From the NCBI GenBank assembly GCA_963716745.1, contig OY970320.1, positions 864,001 through 928,000 of the forward strand: 64,000 nt of DNA. The letters run 5' to 3'. The notes under the pieces were generated by a model that had not been told where the DNA came from, did no database searches, and worked only from the letters and a program-made list of their open reading frames with translations. Shown piece after piece: positions 1-12,388 of the stretch. The stretch's first letter is position 1, and every line of letters begins with the position of its first letter. The translations under genes were made by a program, and so were the position numbers. Origin of the DNA: an uncultured Gemmatimonadaceae bacterium. Its GTDB lineage: Bacteria; Gemmatimonadota; Gemmatimonadetes; Gemmatimonadales; Gemmatimonadaceae.

Positions 1-84
1 TGAAAAAACATGGCATACGACTGCGCGCAATGTCGTATGCCATGTGTTGTCATGCATCACCGGTTCCCGGTAACCGGTTCCCGG
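1..84. repeat. Family A palindrome, copy 1 (truncated by window edge)
   Basis: CATGGCATACGAC...GTCGTATGCCATG...ACCGGTTCCCGGTAACCGGTTCCCGG. Confidence 0.9.
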
Positions 85-96
85 CTGTTGCGGTGA

Positions 97-2759
97 TTAT
101 TTCTGCGCTCTCGCCTTCAGCTCCTCGAACCAATGCTCCGTCACCACGAGCAATCCCGACTCGCCCGCCGTCGTCTCGCGCAGCATGAGGAAGCGTTTGT
201 CGTCCGGAGACACGGCGTACGGCGAAACGGTTCCCGTGACGACGAACGGCGTCAATGAAAAGAGCGTCCGCTGCTGCCCCACCGTGAAAGCCGGTACCGT
301 GGTGATCGCGGCGGCCACGAGATCGCCGTTGTTATTCCGGAAGAACAGTTCCCGTCCACTGTGCGACCAGATCGGAGCGGTCCCGCCCGCAGTGGACACC
401 TGCCAGCGCGCGGAAGACACGTTGGGGAATGGGCGCACGTACGTCTCGAACACGCCGGACTCATCCGACGCGTACGCGATCCACTTGCCGTCGGGAGAGA
501 GTGCGGGCGATACCTCGCGCGCCGGCGTCGCAATGATCGGCGCGAGGAGCGTGTCGCCGACGTGGCCGGCGTAGATGTCGCCGTTCCCCGCCTCCCCGAT
601 CACGCGCCGCCCGATCAGCCACTTGCCGTCGGCCGACATGAGCGCCTGCCCCATCGCGATCTTCGGCGAGAGCAGACGCGTTGCCGGACCGATCCCGTCC
701 GCGCGCTTCACGGTCGGCACGCCGCCACCATCGCCGCGGTCGGCAAGGAACATCACATCGGTCCCGCCAGGCACCCACGACGGACGCACGAAGGACGTAT
801 CACCGAACGTGATACGCGAGAATGGCCCACCGTTCAGGCGTTTCACCCAGATATCCGACTTCGCGCCGCGCAGCAGATCCACCGCCACAGACCGGCCGTC
901 GGGTGAGAGCGAAAGCGAATTGATCGTGCCTTCCATCTTCCACGTGGAATCCGTGCGACTGGCCAGCCCCTCGCGCGTCACCCACACCACCTCGCGATCG
1001 GAGGCCTGGCTCGCCGTCTGGAAGACCAGCGTCCCGGTGGCCGACAGTGCGACCTCGGCCCCGAACGGGCTCGGCTCGAGTCCCTCGTACAGACCGATCG
1101 GCGCGCCGGTCAATTCCATCTTGCCCGGGTCGAACGGAATGGCGAGCAACTTCCCCTCGCTCGTCACGACCACGAGATGGCCGCTCGGCGAGTAGCGTGC
1201 GTACACCCCCCTCACGAGGCTGCGCGCTTTTCCCGTGGGGAGCGGCTGCACCATGATCTGGTAATCCGCCGGCGTCTCCGACGCGTGCCGCACGCGGAAG
1301 AGCATTCCCTTCGCGCCAGGCAAGATGACGGGCCACTCTGAGCCGAGCACCTTCTCACCCGCCGGGAAGCGATAAACCGCTTCCGCCTTCCCGCCCGTGG
1401 ATAGGATACGGTCGATCCCGGAATCGACTTCGAAATAGACGTAGCCGTCGCTTCCCCAATCCGCGGCCGTCGCGTTCGCGCTATCGGTGAGGCTCAGTGA
1501 CGAGCCCACCATCGAGCGGAAGGATGCGGACCGTCTTCCCATCCTTGATGAAGCCGAGCTCGCGCCCGTCGGGCGAGAAGAAGGGACTGACCGCGCCCTC
1601 GGTACCGGCGAGCGGCGTCGGGCGGATCTGATCGGCTTCCTTGATCCACAGACGCGTCGTGCCCTCGCCGCGTCCGGTGTACACGATGCGTTTTCCGTCG
1701 GGCGAGATCGCGACGCGGCCGCCGAGTGCGCCGGCGCTCACCGCTTCCAACGGGCGCAGGAACACGGCATAGCGATTCATGAACGGGCGCGGCGCGGGGC
1801 GGAACCATCCCCACGCGGCAAGGATCGCGAGCAGTGTGATCGCGGCGGCCGCGAGCATGCGCGGCTTCTTTGACGCCGGCGCTGCGGCCATCGCGAATCC
1901 GGTGCCCGACGTCATGCTCGCGGTGGCGGGTTCGCTGAGCGCCTTCACGAACGCGTCGGCGGTCGGGAACCGATCGGCCGGCAGTTTCGCCAGCGCGCGA
2001 TGCACCGCGAGCTCGACATTGAGCGGCACCGAGCGTCGTCGCGCGGTGATGCGCTCGGGCTCCTTCGTGACGACGGCGGCGATCACCGCTTGCACCGTGG
2101 GTCCGGTGTGCGGCGGCTCGCCGACGAGCATCTCATAGAGCAGGCAGCCGAGCGAGTAGACATCCGCGCGCGCGTCGAGCGTGCGCTCGCCCGTCGCCTG
2201 CTCGGGGCTCATGTAGCCGGGCGTGCCGAGCGAGAGTCCCGTTTCCGTCATGCGATTGCCGCCCGCGTGCGTGACCGCGAGCGCGATGCCGAAATCGGCG
2301 ACGAGCGCCTGGCCGTCCTGCAGCAGCACGTTCTCGGGCTTGATGTCGCGGTGGATCACGCCGTGCCGGTGCGCGAAATCCAGCGCGCCGCCGATCTCCT
2401 TCGCGAGGCGCACGGCGTCGTCCACCGGCAGCTGATGCTCGCGCTTGAGCCGGTCGCGCAGGACTCTCGCCTTCGACGTACGGCATCACGTAGAAGAGGA
2501 ACCCGTCCGCCTGCCCCGAATCGAAGAGCGGCAGGATATGCGAATGCTGCAGCGCCGCCGTGGTCTTGATCTCCGCGAGGAATCGCTCGGCGCCGATCAC
2601 GGCGGCGAGCTCGGGGCGCAGCACCTTGAGCGCGACCTTGCGGTCGTGCTTCAAGTCGTGTGCGAGATACACCGTGGCCATGCCGCCCGCGCCAAGCTCG
2701 CGCTCGAGACGGTAACGGTCGGCGAGCGCGGCGATGAGACGTTCGGGTGCTTCGGGCAA
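97..2759 (-). CDS. Ser/Thr protein kinase with TM helix and C-terminal PD40/TolB-like beta-propeller (frameshifted at ~2460 and ~1500)
   Basis: ORFs 2133-2759, 1481-2425 and 97-1542 join: ELGAGGMATVY, VALK, HRDIKPEN, DFG, GTPGYMSPEQ, then many SPDG repeats. Confidence 0.9.
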
Positions 2760-2860
2760 GGGACCTCTATTGGGGCGGCGAAGGGCGGCGCTCGGCAGTA
2801 GGCGCTCGGACTACAAACTACGAGACGACGAACGAGTCCGCGAGGAGGGAACGGAAACGA

Positions 2861-2976
2861 CCGGGAACCGATTGCCGGGAACCGGTGATGCATGAAAACA
2901 CATGGCATACGACATCGCGCGATGTCGTATGCCATGTGTTGTTATGCCATACCGGTTCCCGGTAATCGGTTCCCGG
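2861..2976. repeat. Family A palindrome, copy 2
   Basis: Full inverted repeat CCGGGAACCGATTGCCGGGAACCGGT...ACCGGTTCCCGGTAATCGGTTCCCGG. Confidence 0.95.
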
Positions 2977-2985
2977 CGGTTGCAG

Positions 2986-5900
2986 TTAAGGCTCGTCAGT
3001 CTCCTCGTCTTCCGACTCAACGGGCACATTCCCCGTTCCTCTCGCCGCCGCCGCTTTCCCTCCCGATCCCGCCGGGCACTTCGGCGCGGTGACGCCGGTC
3101 GCCGCCGCGATCGGCTTCGCACCGCCCGCACTGAGCGCCGCGTTCAGCGTCGTCAGATCCGCTCCGTTGAGCGTCTTCCATCGAGCCGCCGTCATGCTCA
3201 GGTCATAGCACGCCGACGCATATCCGTCGTTCATCGCCGCCGTCGGCGCCAGGTCGCCGTTCTCCTGCGCGCCGTACTGCCCCGAGAAATTCCCGTACAC
3301 CGAGAAGAAGTTCGGCGCGGGTCGCGCCGGCCCGCGGCCGAATCGGCGTACGCCATTCTCGTTGCCGCCAACGCTGTCGAGCTTCGCGCGGAACGTCGCG
3401 ATCGCTTTCGCGAGATCCGACGTGGAATCTGCGGGCTTCGCCGCATCGAGCGCTGCGCGGATCGCCGCCGCCTGCTGGTACCCGTCCCACGAGAGGCGCA
3501 TGCCGTTCAGGAGATTCGTGAGCAGCGCATACTGCGCCGTCACGTCCTTGGTGCTCGCCGGCGATCGCGGATCGTTCGTGACAGTGAGCGGTTGCGTGTA
3601 CGCCGTGCCGTTCACGGTGAGCTTGATGCTATACGTGCCGGGCGGCACGAGCGCGCCGAGCGGCGACGCGGGCGTGAGATAGGGATTCGCATTGATCTCG
3701 TACGTGTGCATGAACGCGTCCGGCGCGTCGGTGCGCAGGTCCCAGTTCACGCGATTCGTGCCGGCCGCCACCGGCATCGGCTTCGGGATCTCGATCCAGA
3801 AATTCGGCTCGGGCGGCTGCGCGGCCTCCTTCACCGGCGTGATCGGCGCGCTCGACATGTGGCGCACCACGGCGCCCTTCGCATCCGATACTTCCATGGT
3901 GATCTCGCCCGCCGGGTGTGATGCGAGCCAGTAGTAGATGATCGCGCCGTCGGGCGGATTCAGCGCGTGCGGCACATCCGCGGGGAACGGCGTGTTGTAG
4001 CCCACGTTCCGTCGCACGCGCACCGCCGGGTCGGGCTTGAAGAGATGCACGGGTTCCGCGGCGATCGCCGGCGTCATCTGCCGGAGTACTGCCGCGTCGT
4101 CCAGGATCCAGAATGCCGCGGCCATATGAGCCGACGATCAGGTCGTTCGCCGCGAACGTGATGTCGCGGTACGACGTGACGGGCAGATTCAGCTGCAGCG
4201 ATTGCCACTCGTCGCCGTCATTGAACGATACGTACACGCCGCTCTCGGTGCCGACATAGAGCAGTCCGGCGCGCTTGGGATCCGCGCGCACGACGCGCGC
4301 GGTGCTGCCGGCCGGCTCGCCGGTGGGCAATCCGTTCACGATGCTCGTCCACGTCTTGCCGAAATCGCGCGTGCGATAGACATACGGCGAGTAGTCGCCC
4401 ATGCGCGAGACATTCACGACCGCGTACGCGGTGCCCTCCTGCGTCGGCGAAAGCGAGAGGCCCTCGACGAGCGCGCGCGTCGGATAGGGGATCTTGGGGA
4501 TCGACGCGTCGTTCCACGTTTTCCCATTGTCGCGCGTGTACTTGACGAGCCCGTTATTCGTGCCGACCCAGATCGTACCCTTTGCCAGTGAGGACGCGGC
4601 GATCACTTCGATCGCGCCGAGCGTCGCCGCGCCCGGCGGCGGGATCACGGTGTCGGCGAGCGGCGTCACGCCCGCGGGGAACGTGAGGTCGCTGCTGATT
4701 CGCGTCCAATGCGCACCCGCGTCGGTAGTCGTGTACACGTACTGGAATCCGGTGATCAACTCGTGCTTGTCCCACGGAGCCCACACGAGCGGCTGCGACG
4801 ACGTGGTGCGCAAGCGCAGCGACGGATCGGCCGACGGACTCACGGAGATCCACTGCTCGCTCGGGAAACTGATCTTGTTGATGCCGTTGCCACTCGAGTA
4901 CACGGTGTTCGGGTCGAGCGGATCGGGGATCACAGTGCCCCATTCCCATCCGTTCACCGGACTCCAATCCATCGGTGTGATCGCGCCCAAATTGCCGCGG
5001 CTGCGCGTGCGCACCGCGCCGGCGTCCTGCTGCGTGGCGTACACCCAATAGCCGAAGGTGTTGTCGGTGGAGATGTGGTAGACCTGCTCGGTGTTCTGGT
5101 TGTACCACGAGCTCCAGCTCGCGCCGCCGTCGAAGGTGACGATCGCGCCCTGATCGTAGCCGAGGAGGATGCGCTTGCCGTTCGTGGGATCGATCCAGTT
5201 CGCCTGCGGATCGTCGCCGCCTGGCGCGCCCCGGAAACCGGTGAACGTGTTGCCGCCATCGGTGCTCTTGTACGCCGCGGTGTTGAACGTGTAGACGACG
5301 TCAGGATCGGTGGGATCCACGAAGAGTCCGCAGTTGTAGCCGCCCTGTCCGTTCCGGATGCGGCGATCGCTCGCGTCCATCTGGCGCCACGTGGTGCCGC
5401 CGTCGTCGGAACGATAGAGACCATCATTCGTGATGAAGTACACGCGCTGCGCGTTCGTGGTCATCGCGACGGCGATGTAGGTGCGGCCGCTGAAGCGCGG
5501 CAGCCCGCCGCCGGTGAGTTCCTTCCACGTGGCGCCGCCGTCGATCGACTTGTACATGCTCGTACCGGTCGGCGCGTTCGGCGCCGCGACCGGCGGCGCG
5601 GGCGAGATGCCACTCGGCGGCAGCGGTGCGAAGTAGTGCTTGATCGTCGTGGCGAACACGACGTCGGGCCGGTCGTACGCACTCGCGAGCGCTTGCACGC
5701 CCATGGAATCGTTCACGAAGAGTGTTTGCGTGTACGTCGCGCCGCCGTTCGTGCTGCGGTAGATACCACGTGCGTTGCTCTTGGCGTGCAAATTGCCCGC
5801 CGCGGCGACGAGGAAGGTGCCCGGGTCGCGTGGATCGACAAGGATGGCCGGGATCTGCTTGGTGTCCTCGAGACCGATGTGCGTCCACGTGCGGCCGGCG

Positions 5901-6271
5901 TCGATCGACTTGTAGAGTCCGTTGCCCTCGTTGATCGTTCCGCCCGTGACCTGATCGCCGGTGCCCACGTACACCGTGTTCGGATCCGACGGCGCCACCG
6001 CGACCGCGCCGATGGAGGAGACGCCGGGCACCCCGTCGAACACCGGGAACCAGACTTCGCCCGCGCTCGTGGTCTTCCAGACACCACCCGCGGGCGTGCC
6101 CACATAGAACGTGCCTGGTTCACCGATCGCGCCGGATGCGGAGGAGATACGACCGCCACGGAAGGGGCCAATGCTGCGCCAGACCAGACCGTGGAGCATG
6201 TCGGGCGGAATGGGAGTGGCGGCGAGGGCGACGAGAGTGGTGAGAGCGAGAAGCGAACGAAACTTGGTCAT
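2986..6271 (-). CDS. Secreted BNR/Asp-box (sortilin/VPS10-like) repeat protein, frameshift ~4110
   Basis: Signal peptide, WRSIGPFRGGR, many S/TxDGGxTW Asp-boxes; C-terminal part in ORF 2986-4125 (NRVNWDLR, PPGTYSIKL). Confidence 0.85.
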
Positions 6272-6298
6272 TCCGAACTCCCAAGGAATCGGTGAATA

Positions 6299-6437
6299 GA
6301 ACCGCTAGAGGCGGGGTTAGTACCGCTGACGGCGTGTGTGGCCATAGCGTTGGGCACGGCGGCCTCCATGGAGGTTGCCGTTCCCAACGCCAAAGCTAAC
6401 GCGCCGTTAGCGGTACCAACCCCGCCGTCAGCGGTTC
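6299..6437. repeat. Family B palindrome (TAGTACCGCTGA core), divergent
   Basis: GAACCGCT..GGCGGGGTTAGTACCGCTGACGGCG...CGCCGTTAGCGGTACCAACCCCGCC..AGCGGTTC. Confidence 0.8.
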
Positions 6438-6542
6438 CACCGCGCCGCTATGGTCTCCGTACGTCAAATGTAGGCCCCGCGTTGCAATGCGAGTGATCTC
6501 CCTACATACTCTCCCACCACCATTCTACGCCGAGAACGTGCA

Positions 6543-7342
6543 ATGTCTAAGGTCTCCACGAGAGCCACGATCGGACTCAACGGACAGCCGCTCCCGATCC
6601 TGCCGCCGGACCGCGACGCGCGCGTGTGGGCGCGCCTCGTTCGCGTCATGTTCTACACACCCGGTTTCATGGCGATCCTGCTCATCAAGACGGGAGAGCC
6701 AGCCGGTTTCGGCATCTCGGTGGAGCTGCTCATGCTCTCGAGCGCGTCGGCGATCGTGGCCGGTCTGTTCATCGGCACGCAATCCGGGGCGGGCGGCGCG
6801 ACGGCGTCGAGTCGCGTGGGCAACTGGAGCGGGGCGCTGGTGCTCGAGCTGTTGAGCGCGGTGCCGTTCCTCTGCGCCCTGCCCTCGCTCTTCCACGAAC
6901 TCGCGACCAGCAATCTCCTGCACGCGGCCGCGCCCAGCGCCATCGACACCAGCCTCGGCGCGTCGGAGTTGCTGCCGCTCGTCGCGGTGCTGCCTTTCGT
7001 GCTGTACCAGTTGAGCGGCTTCGGCACGATGAGCTATGTGCTGCCGAAGGCGGTGGACTGGCTCGTGAATCTTTCGATCGTGCTGCTCGATCATCGTGAG
7101 TTACTACTTCAATCGCACGATGGATTACGCGAACGAGCGGCACGCGGTGGGGCTGCTCGTGATCATCATGGCGCTCACCGTGATCTTCGGCGTGCTGAAG
7201 CTGCGCAGCCTGCAAGCCGAGTTCGACGCGAACGCGCCGCCGGAAGCCCGAGCCGAAGAAGAAGGACAAGAAGGACAAGAAGGACAAGAAACACAAACAT
7301 GATCACGACGACGACGCGCCCGAGGCTGCGCCGGCGGCGTAG
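6543..7342 (+). CDS. Hypothetical multi-pass membrane protein with K/D/H-rich tail (frameshifts ~7090 and ~7250)
   Basis: Several hydrophobic helices in 6543-7090 and 7096-7250; the tail frame reads KKKDKKDKKDKKHKHDHDDDAPEAAPAA to TAG 7340-7342. Confidence 0.6.
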
Positions 7343-7346
7343 AACA

Positions 7347-7435
7347 AACTGCTTTGACAGGATGAACATGATGGGCATGATGACTGCATTCGAACGCAGT
7401 CATCATGCCCATCATGTTCATCCTGTCAAGCAGTT
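7347..7435. repeat. Family C palindrome (AACTGCTTTGACAGGAT, 9-nt periodic)
   Basis: Near-perfect hairpin between convergent genes. Confidence 0.9.
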
Positions 7436-7438
7436 CGT

Positions 7439-10119
7439 TTACTGCGCTGCGGTCTGCCCCGCGAGTCGTTGTCTCAGTTCCGCGCGCCAATTGTAAACGA
7501 CCTGAAGCTCCGCCTCCTCGGCGGGCTTCATGAACAGGAAATGCTGGCCGTCCGGCGCGACGTCGTAATTCGCGTGTGGCAGAGTGGAGCCGAGGAAATG
7601 GTCCTCGAATAGCTCCTCGTGGCCCGTCACCTCGAAGCCGCCGGCGGTGCGCACGGTGGCGACCGTGAATTTCTGGTTGTCGCGATAGTAGATCCGCTTG
7701 CCGTCGCGCGACCACACCGGTTCGACCCCGCCACCGACAGAGACCTGTGTGCGCGCGCCGGGTCCCGGGAACGGCTGCACGACCACTTGCGGCTCCCCGG
7801 ATTCATCGGTCACGAACGCGACCCAGTTGCCGTCCGGCGAGATGCGCGCCATGTCCTCCACGAACGTCGGCGAATTCGCGATGGCCTTCGGCGCCGTGTC
7901 GCCGGCGAGCGCGCGGTAGTAGACGTCGGCGCCCGTGGTGTCGAGCTGGTAGACCAACCAGCGCGCGTTCGGCGTGATCACGCCCTCGAAGAAACCCGCG
8001 CCCGTCTGCTGGAGCAGCGGCACCGCGGGTTCGCTGAGATCGGCGCGACGCCACCAGAGCGAGGAAAAACCACCCGCGTCGTACCGGAAGAGGATCTTCT
8101 TGCCGTCGGGGGTCCACTCGGGGCGCTCGTTGACGGTGCCTCCCGTCGTCAGCCGGGACGGCGTGCCCGACGCGACGTCGACCACCCAAATGTCACTGCG
8201 ACTCGCCGTGTTGATCCCGATCGCGATCCGCTTCCCGTCGGGAGAGTAGCGCGGATAGTTGTAGCCGCGCTCCTCCGGGATGAGCGGGCGGCCGGCGCCA
8301 TGCGCGTCCACGAGCATGAGCTGTGCGACCGACGAGCCGGATTGGAAGAGGAGCGTCCCGTTGGTCGACACCGCGGCCTGCACCGCGCCCGTGAGCAGGT
8401 TTCCCGCGACATCGGACTGCAGCACCACCGGCGTTCGCACGATCCGCTGCCGTCCGGCGTCGAACGGCGCTGCCATGATGACGCCCGTGGTCGTCGCATA
8501 GATCACCGCGCCGTCGATGACCGCGAGCGGGGAGATCGCCGCCACGTCCAGCACGGACCGCTTTCCCGTCACGAGCGAGAGGACGGCGAGCCGGCCGCGC
8601 ACCGCCGTCGAGGCGTCGAGCTGATGTAGAGGACCGTCGATCCGTCGCCGATGGCCACGGGTTGCAGTTCGACGCCGCCTTGGCCGGCGGTATCGCGTAC
8701 CGGGACCGGGCGCGGTGCCGAGCCGCCGCCCTCGGGCACCGTATACAAGTGCGCGTTGTTCGCGAAGACGATCTGTCCGTTGCGCGCCCATGATATGCCC
8801 TGCACCGTACCCGGGGCCGGGGCCAGTTGTATGGGAGTGCCGCCCCCGAACGGGACCTTCATGATGGCGCCGGCGGCCAGGAAGCCGATCCACTTCCCGT
8901 CGGGAGAGAAGAACACCGCGGTCGCTCCCTCGGTGCCGGTCACGGGGCGCATGTGGACATCGTCGATCGCCCGCACGAAGACGCGCGCGGAGAGATTCTC
9001 GCCGGCACCGATGAACGCGAAGGTGCGGCCATCGGGCGAGATCGCCAGCTTGGTCTGCTGCGTGCTCGACGTCCAGGCGTGCCCGCTGCCCGAGATGTCG
9101 AGCGTGAATCGCACCGTGGTGGCCGGATCGATGCGACGTGCGACGTTCCATTGCCACACTCCAAGACCGAGCCCCGCCGCGGCGAGCACAGCGAGCGCGA
9201 GCACGGCGGGATCCTTGATGCGCGCGCGCCAACCGCTCGCGGGCGGCGCGGCGAAACGCGACACCGTGCCGCGCGCGCCGCTCGCCGACGCCCTGCCCTG
9301 CAGTACCTCGGCGAATTCGCGCGCGGAGGCCCAGCGGTCGGCTGGGATCTTCTCCAGCGCGCGGTCGAGCGCGATCTCGACGTGCTCCGGCAGATTGGGC
9401 CGCATCGAGCGCACGCTGCGCGGGCGGTCGGTGAGCACGCGCGCGATGATCGCCTGCATCGTGTTGCCGGTGTGCGGCGGTTCGCCGGTGAGCATCTCGT
9501 ACGTCACGGCGGCGAGCGAATAGATGTCGCTGCGGCGGTCGATCACGCGGTCGCCCGTCGCCTGCTCGGGGCTCATGTACTGCGGCGTGCCGAGCGAGAG
9601 TCCCGTCTGCGTGACGCGCGCGCCGCCGGCGTTGCTCACCGCGAGCGCGATGCCGAAATCGGCCACCACCGCCTGCCCGCCCTGCAGCAGGATGTTCTCG
9701 GGCTTCAAGTCGCGGTGGATCACGCCGTGCTCGTGCGCGTACTCGAGCGCGCTCGCGACGGCGACCGCGATGCCGATCGCCTCATCGGTGGGCAGTTGCT
9801 TCTCGCGCTCGAGCCGCGCGCGCAGACTTTCGCCATCCACGAACGGCATCACATAGAACAGCAGCCCATTCGCCTCGCCGCTGTCGAACAGCGGCAGCAG
9901 ATGCGGGTGCTGCAAGTTCGCGGTGACCTTGATCTCGCTCAGGAATCGCTCGACGCCGAGCACCGCGCCGAGTTCCGGATTCAGGAGTTTGAGCGCGACG
10001 AGCCGGTCGTGGCGCAGATCGCGCGCGAGGTACACCGTGGCCATGCCGCCGCGGCCGATCTCGCGATCGATCACGTAGCGGCTCGCGAGGTTCATGTTCA
10101 ATTGCGCAATCGGTTCCAT
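7439..10119 (-). CDS. Ser/Thr protein kinase with PD40 repeats, paralogue of 97-2759 (frameshift ~8620)
   Basis: IGRGGMATVY, HRDLKPEN, DFG, GTPQYMSPEQ, TM helix, SPDG repeats continuing in ORF 7439-9232. Confidence 0.9.
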
Positions 10120-10155
10120 GAAGGCGCGATGCTCCCGATCTGGAGGAGAGTTACG

Positions 10156-10335
10156 GCGCGTCTAGGCCTTAGTACCGCTGGAAAGGCGCGTCTGGCAACT
10201 GAGCGTATAGTACGGCATGGCGTGAGTGGTGGAGTGCGTGGAACCTACTCACGCCGAGCAGTACCATACGCTCAGTTGCCAGACGCGCCGTTTCAGCGGT
10301 ACTAGGGCCCACACGCGCTATTACAGCGGTACTAG
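10156..10335. repeat. Family B palindrome plus an extra CAGCGGTACTAG half-site
   Basis: TAGGCCTTAGTACCGCTG...GCAACTGAGCGTAT...ATACGCTCAGTTGC...CAGCGGTACTAG. Confidence 0.9.
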
Positions 10336-10913
10336 TGACTACTCACGCTCTTGATCTCGGCGTCCGTCATTTGGATCATGTCCACCTTGAGCGTGACCGG
10401 CGTCGTCGGCTCGTTGGTCTTGGGGTTCTGGGGCAGCTTCGCGATCGCTTCCACGATATCCATTCCCTTGATCACCTGGCCGTAAATCGTGTAGTGGTCG
10501 TCCAGGCGCTTGAGGCCCTTGGGGTTCGTCACAATGTAGAACTGACAGATCGCGGAGAGCTGCCCGGGATTGTCGTCGCGCCCCGCGGCGAATGATCCGT
10601 ACACGTGGCGGATGCTGTCCCGGAATTCCGGCGCGAGCAGATAGGTCGTGTCGTGGAAACCCGCCGGCGTGTCGGGGCAGCCGCCCTGCGCCACGAAATT
10701 CGGCACCACACGATTCAGCGTGAGCGTGTCGAAGTAGTGGGCGTTCGCGAGCTTCATGAAGCCCGCCTTGTGATGCGGCGTCGCGTCGAAGAGCACGACC
10801 AGTATCTCGCCCTGCGGCACGCGGATGCGAACGACATCGTACGTCTTGGCTCCGAGCGCGGCCGCGAGCATCAGCGGAAGCGCGAGCACGAACAGAAATA
10901 GGGTTCGGCGCAT
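10332..10913 (-). CDS. Cyclophilin-type peptidyl-prolyl isomerase, secreted
   Basis: Signal peptide MRRTLFLF...; NRVVPNFVAQGG, CQFYIV, LDDHYTIYGQVIKGMDIV. Confidence 0.88.
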   Translation of the reverse strand: MRRTLFLFVLALPLMLAAALGAKTYDVVRIRVPQGEILVVLFDATPHHKAGFMKLANAHYFDTLTLNRVVPNFVAQGGCPDTPAGFHDTTYLLAPEFRDSIRHVYGSFAAGRDDNPGQLSAICQFYIVTNPKGLKRLDDHYTIYGQVIKGMDIVEAIAKLPQNPKTNEPTTPVTLKVDMIQMTDAEIKSVSSH

Positions 10914-10989
10914 TCGCGCGAATAACGCGCCGATCGCGGCCCCTCGCAAGTCGCTTGACCGCACTCGCCGCCCGCGATTGATTCTTCCC

Positions 10990-12387
10990 GTGACCAAGGA
11001 CGAACTCACCGACCTGCTGGCGACGATGAAGATCCTCGCCGGCGTGCCGCGCGAGCAACTCGCGTGGCTCGCGGAGCGTGGCGTTCCGACGAAACTGAAG
11101 AAGGGCGAAGCGCTCGCGACGATCGGCAGCCCGATGATCGGCTTCTGGATCGTGCTCGACGGCCACATCGTGATCCGCGTGGACCGGGGCGCCGGCCCGC
11201 ACAAGGTGATGGAGTGGCACACCGGCGAGATGACCGGGATCATGCCGTACTCGCGCATGACCGGCCCGCCGGGGGAGACGAGAGCCGAGGTGGATTGCGA
11301 GCTCCTGCTCATCAAGAAGGAGTACTTCCCCGCCCTCATTCGCGATTGTTACGACGTCACGAACGCGTGCGTGCACGTCATGATCGACCGCGCCCGCCAC
11401 TTCACCTCGAGCGACATGCACGAGGAGAAGATGGCGTCGCTGGGAAAACTCGCCGCGGGGCTCGCGCATGAACTGAACAATCCGGCGTCGGCGGTCGCGC
11501 GCAGCGCCGAGGGGCTGAGCGACCGGCTGCAGGACGTCGAGAGCGCCGCGCGCGCGCTCGGCGCATTGCGCCTGAATGACGCGCAGCTGCACGCGCTCGA
11601 CCGCGCGCGCGACCTGTGCATGAAGGCGGGCGGCGCGACGTTCGGGAGTTCGGCGCTCGCCCAGAGCGACCGCGAGGACGCGATCACCGAATGGCTCGAG
11701 CGGCGGAATGCGAACGTCACGTCCGCGTACTCGCTCGCCGGATCGTCGGTGACGATCGATGCGCTCGACGAACTCGCCGAGCAGCTCGATGGCGAGGCGC
11801 TCGAGACCGCGCTGCGCTGGCTCGTCGCCGGCTGCACCACATTGCAGCTGGCGAAGGAGGTCGAGGTCGCCGCGAGCAAGATCCACACGCTCGTCGCGGC
11901 CGTGAAAGGCTTCACGTACATGGACCAGGCGTCGATGCCGAAGCCGGTGGATGTGGGCAAGGGCATCACCGACACGCTCGCCGTGCTCAACGCCAAGGCG
12001 CGCGGCCGCAACGTGCAGGTGAAAGTGGAAGTCGAGCCCGACCTCCCGCGCGTGCCCGGCTACGGCGGCGAATTGAACCAGGTGTGGGCGAATCTCGTGG
12101 ACAACGCGCTGGATGTCGCGAAGCAGGACATCGCGATCTCGGCGACGCGGCAGGGGCGCAACGTGGTCGTGCGCGTAACCGACGATGGACCCGGGATCCC
12201 CGACGAGATCCGCGCGCGGATCTTCGATCCCTTCTTCACGACGAAGCCCGTGGGCAAAGGCACCGGGCTCGGCCTCGACATCGCGCGCCGTCTCGTGCGG
12301 CATCACCAGGGGGAGATCGCCGTCGAGTCGCACCCCGGCCGCACGGAATTCACCGTGACGCTGCCGGTGGACGCGGGAGCCGTGTGA
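10990..12387 (+). CDS. Sensor histidine kinase with N-terminal cNMP-binding-like domain
   Basis: LAHELNNP H-box, [39 protein letters not shown] start inferred. Confidence 0.9.
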   Translation: MTKDELTDLLATMKILAGVPREQLAWLAERGVPTKLKKGEALATIGSPMIGFWIVLDGHIVIRVDRGAGPHKVMEWHTGEMTGIMPYSRMTGPPGETRAEVDCELLLIKKEYFPALIRDCYDVTNACVHVMIDRARHFTSSDMHEEKMASLGKLAAGLAHELNNPASAVARSAEGLSDRLQDVESAARALGALRLNDAQLHALDRARDLCMKAGGATFGSSALAQSDREDAITEWLERRNANVTSAYSLAGSSVTIDALDELAEQLDGEALETALRWLVAGCTTLQLAKEVEVAASKIHTLVAAVKGFTYMDQASMPKPVDVGKGITDTLAVLNAKARGRNVQVKVEVEPDLPRVPGYGGELNQVWANLVDNALDVAKQDIAISATRQGRNVVVRVTDDGPGIPDEIRARIFDPFFTTKPVGKGTGLGLDIARRLVRHHQGEIAVESHPGRTEFTVTLPVDAGAV

Positions 12388-12388
12388 G

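Noticed and set aside
2861..2976. Family A as simple rho-independent terminators
   Set aside because: The stems are far longer than needed, lack U-tracts, and also sit between divergent genes (54035, 57342, 61812)
2651..3131. Family of small proteins sharing REPITGNR / HRFPVIGSR / TGSRQPVPG motifs
   Set aside because: These are translations of the family A repeat in various frames, and they also create false N-terminal extensions of real genes (e.g. 44789, 52109, 57383, 61905)
7255..7295. GAAGGACAA tandem repeat as a separate element
   Set aside because: It encodes the low-complexity KKD tail of the membrane protein
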